Of a stretch of DNA of 64,000 nt, positions 18,642-28,761 are shown piece by piece. Below the pieces are notes generated by a model that was not told where the DNA came from, made no database searches, and was given only the letters and a program-made list of their open reading frames with translations. Source of the stretch: Candidatus Latescibacterota bacterium (GTDB lineage: Bacteria > Latescibacterota > UBA2968 > UBA8231). The position numbers and the translations under genes were made by a program. Location: the NCBI GenBank assembly GCA_965206595.1, contig OZ242214.1, positions 3,616,001-3,680,000 on the forward strand, in the 5' to 3' direction. How positions within the stretch are numbered: position 1 is the first letter of the stretch; every line of letters begins with the position of its first letter.

Positions 18642-20006
18642 ATGGAACCTGTGCCTTCCGATTCATTCGTGGACAAAACCCCTACCTCGCGGTCGCTCTA
18701 CGAACGGGCCGTGCGGGTGCTTCCGAGTGGGGTCACACACGACACTCGTTACCTGCAGCCGCATCCGATTTTCGTCGAGCGCGCCCAGGGATCGCGCAAG
18801 TGGGATGTCGACGGCAACGAATACGTCGACTACTTCGGCGGTCACGGCGCCCTGATGCTGGGGCACAACCACCCCGTCGTCACCGAAGCGGTTCGCGAGC
18901 AGCTGGAGCGCGGCACCCACTACGGCGCCTCGCACGAACTCGAGCTTGAGTGGGCGGAACTGGTCGTCCGCATGGTCCCGTGCGCCGAGAAAGTGCGGTT
19001 TACCAGCTCGGGGACCGAGGCGACCATGCTCGCCCTGCGCATTGCCCGCGCCTACACGGAACGGCGGAAAATCCTGCGTTTCGACAGCCATTTTCACGGC
19101 TGGCACGACCAAGTGGCTTTCGGTTCCCCCGCCACCTCTGCGGACGAGCTCCCGAGCGGGATCACCCGGGGCATGGCGGAAAACATCGCCCTCTGCCCGC
19201 CGAACGACATGGATGCCGCCGAGGCGTTGCTCGACAGCGGCGAGATCGCCGCTGTGATCTTCGAGCCGACGGGGGCGACTTTCGGCCGGGTGCCGACGGC
19301 TGACGGCGTCCCGCATAAGCTGCGGCAACTGACCGCGCGGACAGGAACGCTTCTCATCTTCGACGAAGTCATTACGGGATTCCGCGTCGCCAGGGGAGGA
19401 GCCCAAGAGGTGTACGGCGTCACTCCCGATCTCGCCGTAATGGCCAAGTCGATGGCCGGAGGCTTTCCCGGGGGCGCGGTGGTGGGACGGGCGGATGTAA
19501 TGGACATGCTGACCATGAAAGACGCCCAGTGGAACGCCAGGCGGCGCATTGCGCACCAGGGAACCTTCAACGCCAACCCGATCTCGGCAGCTGCCGGACT
19601 CGCCCAGCTGAAGATGATCGCCGAGGGGGATGTGATCGAGCATGCAAACGCGAACGGGGAACAGCTCCGCAGGCTGCTCGCCGAAGTGAGCGCGGAAGAG
19701 GGGAGCAATGCCGTCGTCTACGGAACCTATTCCGGTTTCCACTTCTTCTGCGACGATGAAGACCGGGTGGTCACATGCGAGGCGATCTATAATGGAGAGG
19801 TTCCGTACGGAGTGCTGAAAGGCGGTATTCCGGGCGCCTTGATCAGCGACTTCCGCGCCGGAATGCTCGCCGCCGGTGTCGATCTGGTGCCCTGGCCGGG
19901 AGGTCTGATATCGGCGGTTCACACCGATGAAGACCTGGAACAGACAGCAGCGGCTTTCAGACAGGTCCTGCGGCAGTTGGAAAAAGCGGCGCCTGTTACG
20001 GCTTGA
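18642..20006 (+). CDS. PLP-dependent class III aminotransferase (glutamate-1-semialdehyde aminomutase-like)
   Basis: WDVDGNEYVDY, SGTEAT, HFHGWHD, LIFDEVITGFR, AKSMAGG (PLP lysine), GTFNANP. Confidence 0.85.
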   Translation: MEPVPSDSFVDKTPTSRSLYERAVRVLPSGVTHDTRYLQPHPIFVERAQGSRKWDVDGNEYVDYFGGHGALMLGHNHPVVTEAVREQLERGTHYGASHELELEWAELVVRMVPCAEKVRFTSSGTEATMLALRIARAYTERRKILRFDSHFHGWHDQVAFGSPATSADELPSGITRGMAENIALCPPNDMDAAEALLDSGEIAAVIFEPTGATFGRVPTADGVPHKLRQLTARTGTLLIFDEVITGFRVARGGAQEVYGVTPDLAVMAKSMAGGFPGGAVVGRADVMDMLTMKDAQWNARRRIAHQGTFNANPISAAAGLAQLKMIAEGDVIEHANANGEQLRRLLAEVSAEEGSNAVVYGTYSGFHFFCDDEDRVVTCEAIYNGEVPYGVLKGGIPGALISDFRAGMLAAGVDLVPWPGGLISAVHTDEDLEQTAAAFRQVLRQLEKAAPVTA

Positions 20007-20034
20007 CGTTCCAGTTCTGGGCTGGGCGGATTGC

Positions 20035-20111
20035 GGGCGATTAGCTCAGTTGGTTAGAGCGCTGGTTTCACATACCAGAGGTCACTAGTTCGAATCTAGT
20101 ATCGCCCACCA
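20035..20111 (+). tRNA. tRNA-Val(CAC)
   Basis: Cloverleaf with anticodon arm CTGGT-TTCACAT-ACCAG and encoded CCA. Confidence 0.96.
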
Positions 20112-20119
20112 CCTGCATG

Positions 20120-20154
20120 AAGCGGGCAGCAGTTCTACTGCTGCCCGCTTTTTT
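20120..20154 (+). terminator. Intrinsic terminator after tRNA-Val(CAC)
   Basis: AAGCGGGCAGCAG-TTCTA-CTGCTGCCCGCTT followed by TTTT. Confidence 0.85.
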
Positions 20155-20337
20155 GTATAGAACTCGCCGCCCGGTGAGTTTCCAGAATTCAAGGCGCCGG
20201 AAAATGTGTCCCAGGCTTGAAATATCGGCGTCGGTCCGACCCAGGCGCAGCCCGGAAACCTTGCAGGCCTGTAATCATTGGTGGACCCGAGGTTGATGGC
20301 CCCTTGCCGCCACGCCTGCGGCCATCTGCAATTTCAG

Positions 20338-21177
20338 CTATTCCTTTACAGCTCCCGCGGTCAATCCCCGGACGAAGTGCCGCTGCAGCGAGACGAAGAT
20401 GGCAATGGGGGGCAGGCTGAAGATGAGAGAAGCTGCGAAAAGCTGGTCGTACTTGTTGACGTACTGCCCGAGAAACGCGGTCCTGATCCCGATGGGGATG
20501 GTCAGGGCGTTCGACTTGGTGAATACGTAGGCGAAAAGGAACTCGTTCCACGACAGCAGAAAGGCGAAGGTACCGACAGCGACCACTGCCGGCGCGGCCA
20601 GGGGCAGCACGATCCGCCACAACAGCTCGAGTCGCGAGCAGCCGTCGATCAGGGCCGCCTGCTCCAGGTCCTCCGGAATAGCCTTGAAGTAGCCGTTTAG
20701 GAGCCAGGTGCAGAACGGGATCGCGAACCCTGTGTAAATCAGCACCATTCCGACGTGGGTATCGAGGAGACCGAGATTGCGGATCACCTGGAACAGCGGA
20801 ATCAGGATGGAACTTCCCGGCAGCATCTGCGACATCACCACGAGCATCAGCAACAGGGTGGCGCCGCGGAACCGAAAACGGGCGAAGGAATAGGCGGCCC
20901 CGACACTGAAAGCCAGGGAAATCACCGCGGTCGCCAGCGAGATTCCCGCGCTGTTAACGAAGTAGCGGACGAAGGGGGCTTCGTCCCAGATGTCGAAGTA
21001 GGCGTCGAAGGTCAGCGACTGCGGCCACACAAGCGGCGGTGTCTGCGTCATTTCGGAGATCGGCCTGATCGACGTGCTCACCACCCATACCAGCGGCAGC
21101 ACCAGGAGTAAGACGAACAGGCCGCCCAGCCCGTAACCGAGGCCGGACCGGATTCTATCCTGCGTCCCCTGTTTCAT
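20338..21177 (-). CDS. Carbohydrate ABC transporter permease (MalG type)
   Basis: YFVNS, AAYSFAR, EAA loop IPEDLEQAALIDGCS, WNEFLFA, QRHFVRGLTAGAVK. Confidence 0.92.
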   Translation of the reverse strand: MKQGTQDRIRSGLGYGLGGLFVLLLVLPLVWVVSTSIRPISEMTQTPPLVWPQSLTFDAYFDIWDEAPFVRYFVNSAGISLATAVISLAFSVGAAYSFARFRFRGATLLLMLVVMSQMLPGSSILIPLFQVIRNLGLLDTHVGMVLIYTGFAIPFCTWLLNGYFKAIPEDLEQAALIDGCSRLELLWRIVLPLAAPAVVAVGTFAFLLSWNEFLFAYVFTKSNALTIPIGIRTAFLGQYVNKYDQLFAASLIFSLPPIAIFVSLQRHFVRGLTAGAVKE

Positions 21178-22601
21178 GCCGGTTTTGCCTCAGCCCTGCT
21201 CTCGGCGAACAGCACGCGGATGAAGACCATGCTGATGGCGAGCAGGAACAGCAGCAGGATCATCGCGGCCGCGGCTCCGCGACCGAGGCGCAGATGCTCA
21301 AAGGCGTAGCGGTATACGGAGATGGGAACGACCTGGGTAGACGCGGCGGCGTGATCGAGGGCTTCCCGGGGTGTCATCACACCGGTCATGGCCCGATTCA
21401 CGGCGTCGGAAATGTGACGCTGAATCTCGGTAATCGCCGGGTGTCCCGGCCAGCCCAGGCCGTTCTTCCCGGCCGTCTCCAGCTGATCCAGGCCGATATA
21501 GCGCCCCTCCATCCCGGGGCCGTACGCGTCCCGGGATGGAGGCAGCCCTCCCATCCTCGGGTTCGGGGTACCTGCCAGACCGGGTCGTCGAAATTGAGCG
21601 CCTTGAGGACCGTTCAGGCCTCTTGGGGATGCGGGTTCCGGTGATGGCCACCATGATCACGTCGAGCAGGGTGCGCGGCGAATGCTTCTCCAGCGGCACG
21701 TCAGGAACCGGCACCTGCGCCAGCACGAGCTGCGACAGGTCGAAGTCGAAGTTGCCACGCACGATATCCTGCCACCAGGGCCCCTCGATGGAGAACGCCG
21801 CCTTCCCGGTCGTCCAGTGGGCGGAATTCTCGTCGAAGGCGTAGGCTGAGGTCGCCGCCGGCATGTACCCCGGCATCCTTCAGATCCACCAGGAATTGCA
21901 GCGCCGCACGCCCTGCGGGGCCGCTGAAGGCCGCTTTCGTCCAGTCGTCGTTGAAGACGCGTCCTCCGGCGCCGTACAACAGCGGCAGGAATCGGTACGC
22001 CGTACCGAGGTTGAGGCCGGCGGGCATGGCGAAGGCGTGGATTCCGTGCTCCTTCAACACCGCCCCGACCGCTTTCATTTCCTCCCAGGTGCGCGGAATC
22101 GCCACCTCGTAGCGGTCGCGAGGATCGAGCTGTTGGCGACGAGCACGAACGGCAGCATCGTGACGGGAAGACCGTAATGCCTGCCGTTGTGGCGGACATG
22201 CTCGAGCACGTTGTCGAACAACCGCTTCCGAACCTCGGGCCAGTCGGAGAACGTCTCCAGCGGCAGCAGCCCTCCCAGCTCACCGAATTCGACCGAGTAC
22301 TTGTGGTGCACGCGAATGACGTCCGGCCCTTCGCCGATGACGGTTGTGCTGATCAGACTCTCGCGCTGCGTCTTCCAGTCCGGCGTTTCGAGCTCTACGC
22401 GGATGTCGTCGTGGGCGGCGTTGAAATCCTTCACGGCCTGCCGGATCCACTGGCAGTGCCCGGTACCCCGCCGAAATCCCACACTAGGATCTCGACCGCT
22501 TCTCCGGGCCCCTGCCCGCTTCGATCGGCGCAGGAAAATCCAGTCGCGGCCAGCGCCGCGGCCAGCACGCCTCGTAGAACCCGTTCCGTGATCCGTGTCA
22601 T
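21174..22601 (-). pseudogene. Decayed sugar ABC substrate-binding lipoprotein fused by deletion to the last ~55 codons of a MalF-type permease
   Basis: Lipoprotein start MTRI...GFSC at 22601. SBP segments (FNAAHDDIRV, GEGPDV, YGLP, IPRTWEEM, MTPREALD) lie in at least four frames and are directly followed by VVPISVYRYAF..LRLGRGAAAAMIL. Confidence 0.75.
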
Positions 22602-22858
22602 CGTTTTTCGCCCTGCTCCAACTGGCTGTCGAAGGGTAGTCCACCTCCACTTTCTTTGAGCGGCACCGGTTGCCAGCTCCCCCAGCCGGAGCTTGTTTTT
22701 CCCCCCTCGATGTCCCCTCCATCAAATATCGCCATCCGTACTCACCTCTATTCCCTCTCGCGGCCGGGGGAGGGGACGGTCCCTCGGGTCCAATCCGGCG
22801 CCGGCAGGAACAGCCTGTCGGAGATGGACACCCTGGCGCCTCCGGGGGTCTCGCCGTG

Positions 22859-24826
22859 TCTGTCCTCGCCCCCGTGGTATACCAGCTTCCACCTCCCCCC
22901 GAACCGGCCGTGAGCGCACGCGCGATCCTCCTCGGCCTGCTCTGGGTGGTCGGCATCTGCATCGGGTCTCCGTATTCGCTCTGGATGGTCGGCTCGACGG
23001 AACCGACCTGGTCGCATTTCCCCTCCTCCGTCGGTTGTCCGTTCGTAGTCCTCGTTCTAGGAAATGCCCTGCTGCGCAGAATCGGGATCTCCTGGGCCCT
23101 CCGCCCCGCCGAGCTGATCACCATGCTGGTCATGGGCCTGGTGGTCACCGGAATCCCGATTTTCGTATTGGGCACCCTGATGGCGCTGATTTCGGCGCCC
23201 TACTACGCCGCCACCCCCGAGAACCAGTGGCGCGTGCTGATCCAGCCCTACCTTCCGCGTTTCGCGGTCCCCCAGCCCGAAGGGGACGCGATCCGCTGGT
23301 TCTGGGAGGGGCTGCCATCCGGCCAGGACCTGCCGTACCGCCTATGGCTGGGCCCCATTTTCTGGTGGTCCACCCTCCTGTTCACCGTCTACTTCGTCTG
23401 CTTCTGCATCGTCGTGATTTTGAGGCGGCAGTGGCAGGTCGAAGAGCGACTGGTCTACCCGATCACCGAGCTCCCGCGTCTGTTGCTCGAGGATGACAGC
23501 GGCGGCCGCGGCACCGTTCTCCGGTCTCCCGTCTTCTGGACCGGATTTTCGATCGCCCTCGGAATGGTGCTGTTCAGCACGATTCGCTTTTTCCACCCCG
23601 GCTTCGCCGACCTCGCCGTCTGGGAGGGCAATCCGTTCTCCCTCGGCCACGGCTTTCCCATCCTGGACTTCCGGCTGGTTCCCCCCATCCTGGGGTTCAT
23701 GTTCTTCGCCAATACCGGCATTTCGTTCAGCATCTGGTTCTTCTACCTGGTCGCCGTTCTGCAGGAGGGGATCACCAACCGCGTCGGCTACGACGTCACC
23801 CAGCCCGATGCGTTCGTCTGGGGCATGCAGTCACTTTCCTGGCAGGGCTGGGGCGCCGGCGCCCTCTGCGCCATGCTCGCCTGGAGCATGTGGATGGGCA
23901 GGGGTCACCTGCACTCGGTTTTCGGCCAGGCCTTCGGGGCGAAAAAGCGCCTCGACGACGGTTCCGAGATGCTCGGCTACCGCACCGCGGTTTACGGACT
24001 GATTCTCGGGCTGGCGTACTGCGTCGGCTGGCTTTTTGCCGCGGGTCTCGACCTGCACGTCGCGCTCCTGTTCACCGCCGGTGTGATTATCGCCTACACC
24101 GGCATGACGAGGCTGGTTGTGCAGACCGGGATGTACTACTTGACGACCCCTGTGAACGGCCAGGCTTTCGCCGCCGCGGTCAGCGGCACCGCCATGGGAG
24201 CCGGCAACCTCGTCCCCCTGGGGCTGCAGTACGCGTGGCACGGAGACGTGCAGTCGATCTTCATGCCCTCGGCCGCGCACGCCTCGCGCCTCGAGCGCAT
24301 TACCCGGGGCCGGCGGTTGATGTCCGCGGCAATAGCGGCAGCGGTCGTGGTCGGTTTCGTCTCTTCCTTCTGGTACATCCTCTACGTCTGCCACGAGTAC
24401 GGAGCGGGGAACCTGCGATCCTGGTACTTCGGCGCCGGCGGCGGCATCGACAGGATGGCGTTCAGCGGCGTCATCCGCCAGATCGACAACCCTGCCGGAA
24501 CCGATTTGGGCAAGCTGTTTTACTCCAGAGTCGGCGCGCTCGCCTATTCTGCGGTCGCGCTGGGCCAGTACCGCTTTCACTGGTGGGCCCCTGCATCCGG
24601 TCGGTATCGCGCTCGCCCCGATGTGGATGACCCGGCTCGTGGCGTTTTCGGTCTTCGTCGCCTGGCTGACCAAGACCATCCTCCTCGCCTACGGTGGCAT
24701 TCAGGCGTACCAACAGGCGCGCCCGTTTTTCGTCGGACTGGTCGCGGGGTTCTTTGTCGGGGTGGGTGTGTCGTTTTTCGTTGACGCCACCTGGTTCTTC
24801 GGGTACGGCCACGGGGTACCCTGGTA
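22859..24826 (+). CDS. Large polytopic membrane protein (DUF6785/DUF6784-like), one frameshift near 24586; start uncertain
   Basis: LRPAELI, YAATPENQW, ILRRQW...ERLVYP. After removing one G the C-terminus reads WWPLHPVG...AWLTK...GG...Y..ARPFFVGLVAG. Clearly paralogous to 51634-53625. Confidence 0.7.
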
Positions 24827-24881
24827 GACGGGGAATCCGTCCCGCTCGAGGTGCGAAGGATCGCCCGGTTTCGCGCCCGGC

Positions 24882-26515
24882 TCAGGGAGCCGGCTCCACC
24901 AGCCGCACCGTTCCATCGAGCGGAGGCTCGGCGATCACCTGCTCGACCCCGCTGGGCCAGCGGACCATCAGGGCACCAAGAGCTTCCACCCCTCCGAGTC
25001 CGAAGTGAGCGCGGTAGGGACTGGAGGATTGATAACCCACCCCTCCGTGGATCTCGCGAAACCTCCGTATCCCGGCCTCTCCCAGCCACAGCTTGGCCCC
25101 AACCGCGTCCCGGTTCGTCCTCCCCTCCAGCTCGACGTCGAGCCAATGGGCGGCGTTGCCCCCCTCGTTCCGCAGGATGGCTGGCCCCCCGTCCGGCGTC
25201 GAGCAAGGCGATGTCCGTGTCCCCGTCGGCGTCGTAGTCGGCAAAGGCAGCCCCGCGGCCCGCATAGGGAGTCGCGAAGGCCCGACCGAGCGATGCGGAG
25301 ACATCCCCGAAACGACCGCCCAGATTGCGCAGCAGTTGCGGGGTCTGCCGGTAGGTTACCAAGGCGTCGTACTGCTCGATGTTGTCGTGCACGTGTCCGT
25401 TGGCGACGAAGAGATCGAGCCAGCCGTCGTTGTCATAATCGAGGAAACCGGTTCCGAACCCGAGGTAGTTCAGGCTCACCTTCCCGAGCCCGGTGGCGAA
25501 GGAAACCTCGGCGTAGTACGACCCGTCGTTACGGTACAGGGCGTTGTGCTCCAGCTGGTAGTTGGTGACGAAGAGATCGAGGTCGCCGTCGTTGTCGTAA
25601 TCCCCGGCGTCGACGCCCATGCCCGCCTGCGCCTTGCCGTCGGCGCTCAGCGCCGTTCCCGTGAACAGGCCGACCTCGTCGAAGCGGCCTCCCTGGTTGC
25701 TGTACAGAAAATTGGGGGTCATGTCGTTGGCGACGTAGATGTCGGAGTCACCGTCGCCGTCGAAATCCCCGCTGACGGCTCCGAGGACGTTGCCGGGATC
25801 ATCCACTCCCGCCGCCGCGCTGCTGTCCGCGAAGCTGCCGGCGCCGTCGCTGACGAAATACCGATCCCTCGTCGGTGAGAACTGGCTGGGATCGCAGTAG
25901 AACCGCAGTTCCAAGTCGTGCCTCCCGCACCAGGGGTGGGCGGCGACGTCGAAGGCTACGTAGCTGATGACGTACAGGTCGAGATCGCCGTCGTTGTCTC
26001 CGTCGGCGAAGACAGCACTGCTCGACCACCCCGCGTACCCGACCCCGCTTGCCACGGTGACGTCGGTATATGCGGATCCGTCGTTTCGCAGCAGTTGGTC
26101 CGGCCCCCAGTTGGTCAGGTAGAGATCCTGGTCGCCGTCGTTGTCGTAGTCCGCGGCGGCGACCCCCATGCCGTAGGCGGACCCTGACAGCCCGGCTTCC
26201 CGGGAAACATCGAGGAAACGGGCGCCGTCGTTCCGGTAGAGCCGATTCCAGGAATCCCCCCTGCCTTCGACCAGATTGCCGCTGTTGACGAGGTAGAGGT
26301 CGAAATCGCCGTCCCCGTCGCTGTCGAACCAGGCGATGCCGGAGCCGTAGGTTTCCGGCAGGTATTTCTCGGGGCCTATCCCGTTGCGGTGGGTGAAGTC
26401 GATCCCCAGTTCCGCGGTTACGTCGGCGAACCGGACCGGCTCGGCGCTGACGGTCAGCGGCGCCGAAACCCAGGCCGACACCAGTAGAATCGCCCGGAAA
26501 GCGCGTCCCCCCCAC
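24882..26515 (-). CDS. CRTAC1-like FG-GAP beta-propeller with C-terminal ASPIC/UnbV domain, frameshifted in G-runs (~26510 and ~25185)
   Basis: Many DYDNDGDxDL repeats, AGMGVDAGD, ANGHV and C-terminal NRDAVGAK...HFGLG...VRWPSG. Confidence 0.85.
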
Positions 26516-26565
26516 TGGGGAGCTTGACCGTCCGGATGGAGTAGGTGCTACCTTTTGAAGTCCTC

Positions 26566-27537
26566 ATGAAATGGTTTCTGCAGACATTCCGGTTCGTCGC
26601 CCGCCCGCTGGCGGCCCTGGCGGTTGCGGCGACCTTGGCAGGATGCGATGCCACGGCTCCCGAATCTACGGGTGATTCCGGAACCGCGGCACTGCATGAG
26701 ATCCTGCACGAGGCCTCCAGGGCAGCCGAAAAGGGACAGTACGAGCAAGCAGAGGAGCGTTTTACCGCCGCCCTTGCCGAGGCCAACGGCTCCGACGCCG
26801 AGCCCCTGGTGCGGGTGCGGATCTTGCAGAGCCTTGCCCGCGTCAAGGCGGTCCAGGGCCGGGTCGAGGCTGCCGACAGCCTCCATCACCAAGCGCTCGC
26901 CTTGCTCGAAGAGGACCCGGACAATCTCGGGATTTCCGGAGAGGAGTTGCTCCAGGCCCTCGGTTCCCTCGGCAATCTCGCGCTCGCGCGCGGGGACCTC
27001 GACACCGCGGAATGGCGCTTCGGGCAGATTCTGCTGCGCGGCGCCGAAGGGGAGATCTCGCTGCAGCCCCACGACATCGCCCTACCCGCGACTCTCAGCG
27101 GCCTCGCCAAGGTCGCGCGGGCGCGCGGCAACGTGGAACGCGCCGACTCGCTGTCGAACCGCGGCATGGGACTCAAGCTCTTCTCCCAGGGGTTCGTAGC
27201 GTACACGCACAACGATCTCCAGCAGGCCGAGTCGATGTATCGCCGGGCGCTGTCGGTACAGGAAAAATCCCTGGGGCCGTTCCACCCCGACCTGGCGGCG
27301 ACGAGTTCGGCTCTCGGCCGGCTGCTCGCTTCACAGAGCCGGCACCCCAGCGCGGTGCCTTTTTTCGAACGCGCGGGGCGCATATACGAGGCCGTTCCCG
27401 ATGCCGAGTACGAGCTCGGAACCACCCTCGAAGCGCTGGCGGAGAGCCTGGCCGGCACATCCCGGGGGGCCGAGGCAGACAGCGTGGCCAAGCTGGGTGA
27501 AGAGACAATTGCCAGATATAGTGGAAATGGCGGCTGA
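26566..27537 (+). CDS. TPR-repeat lipoprotein
   Basis: Lipobox TLAGC and TPR-like helices (AESMYRRALSVQEKSLGPFHPDLA). Confidence 0.75.
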   Translation: MKWFLQTFRFVARPLAALAVAATLAGCDATAPESTGDSGTAALHEILHEASRAAEKGQYEQAEERFTAALAEANGSDAEPLVRVRILQSLARVKAVQGRVEAADSLHHQALALLEEDPDNLGISGEELLQALGSLGNLALARGDLDTAEWRFGQILLRGAEGEISLQPHDIALPATLSGLAKVARARGNVERADSLSNRGMGLKLFSQGFVAYTHNDLQQAESMYRRALSVQEKSLGPFHPDLAATSSALGRLLASQSRHPSAVPFFERAGRIYEAVPDAEYELGTTLEALAESLAGTSRGAEADSVAKLGEETIARYSGNGG

Positions 27538-27777
27538 ACCTGTCATAGGTGAACGGTTTTGATCCTGCGTACCGGGCCAAGTACCTTGGAATCCCGGATT
27601 TGGGAATCCGTGGTGATAGTCACACAACGGACCGATAAATCTGCCGCCGGGACAGGCCGCCATTTCAGATGAAAAGGAGCATGGAATGTCCTCTTCCAGG
27701 GGTTGCTTGCACCGAGGAGTTGAGGCATGGGTGATTCTCTCGTAAAAACCCTACGTCCCCAGAATGCCCGGTTTTTT

Positions 27778-27836
27778 ATACAACATATAGTGTATGCCTT
27801 GTCTTAGTTGGCCAATATATAGTGGCGCTCTAGTGT
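27778..27836 (+). promoter_or_regulatory. Tandem NrdR-type boxes overlapping a putative promoter of the transketolase genes
   Basis: ATACAACATATAGTGT (27778-27793) and GGCCAATATATAGTGG (27810-27825), 32 nt apart start to start. Candidate promoter TTGGCC(27808)-17 nt-TAGTGT(27831). Confidence 0.75.
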
Positions 27837-27882
27837 GCTGAATCGCTGAACATCCTGAAAATGGGGTTAATACGAAGGAGTC

Positions 27883-28761
27883 ATGGGTGCCAATGGGCAC
27901 ATAAGTGACGAGCGGCTCGTCGAGCTGCGCAGGACGGCGATCGCAATGCGCCGTCTGGTGGTCGAGTCGGTTCACCATGCCGGCGCCGGCCACCTCGGGG
28001 GGCCGATGTCGGCCGCGGAGATTCTTACTTCCCTGTATTTCGAGGTGCTCAACGTGCGCACCGATGCCCCGCAACATCCCGACCGCGACCGCTTCGTCAT
28101 GTCGAAGGGACACTCCTCGATCGGCCTCTACGCCGTTCTCGCCCTGCGGGGGTTCTTCCCGGTCGATGAACTGAAGACCTTCGACGCCGTCGACTCCCGG
28201 CTGCAGGGACATCCCGACATGTCCGTCCTCGACTCGCTGGACATGTCGACCGGATCGCTCGGCCAGGGACTCTCCCCCGGGGCCGGTATGGCCCTCGCCG
28301 CAAAGTTGAAGGGGAAGCCGTACCACATCTGGGTGCTGATCGGCGACGGCGATTCCCAGGAAGGCCAGATCTGGGAGGCCGCCTTCGTCGCCGAACGCTA
28401 CGGGCTCGACAACCTCACCGCCATCCTCGACTGGAACGGACTGCAGCAGTACGGATGGGCGACCGAAGGGGGATACGACGTGTTGCCGCGCAGGCCCGCC
28501 CAGGAAAACCCGCACGCCAAGTGGGAGGCGTTCGGCTGGGCTGTCACCGAGATCGACGGCCACGACTTTCGCGACATTCTGCGGGCGTGCGCCTGGGCAA
28601 AAGAAAACCGCGGGCGTCCGAGCCTGATCATTGCGCGCACCATCAAGGGCAAGGGGATCTCGTACATGGAGAACGATTTCAACTGGCACAGCAAGCCGGT
28701 CACGGACGAGGATCTGCGGCTGGCTCGCGAGGAACTGGCCGCCCAGGAGGCTGCCCTGTGA
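27883..28761 (+). CDS. Transketolase, N-terminal (ThDP-binding) subunit
   Basis: GHLGG, DRDRFVMSKGH, LQGHP, STGSLGQG, GDG...EG..WEA...DWN; RBS AAGGAG. Confidence 0.93.
   Translation: MGANGHISDERLVELRRTAIAMRRLVVESVHHAGAGHLGGPMSAAEILTSLYFEVLNVRTDAPQHPDRDRFVMSKGHSSIGLYAVLALRGFFPVDELKTFDAVDSRLQGHPDMSVLDSLDMSTGSLGQGLSPGAGMALAAKLKGKPYHIWVLIGDGDSQEGQIWEAAFVAERYGLDNLTAILDWNGLQQYGWATEGGYDVLPRRPAQENPHAKWEAFGWAVTEIDGHDFRDILRACAWAKENRGRPSLIIARTIKGKGISYMENDFNWHSKPVTDEDLRLAREELAAQEAAL

Noticed and set aside
24570-24600. Programmed ribosomal frameshift explaining split genes
   Set aside because: No canonical slippery heptamer or stimulatory structure is seen, and the paralog at 51634-53625 is continuous across the same motif.
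27543-27728. 61-aa minus-strand ORF next to the NrdR boxes as an nrd remnant
   Set aside because: No ATP-cone or RNR-like motif in the frames examined, so it is not called as a feature.
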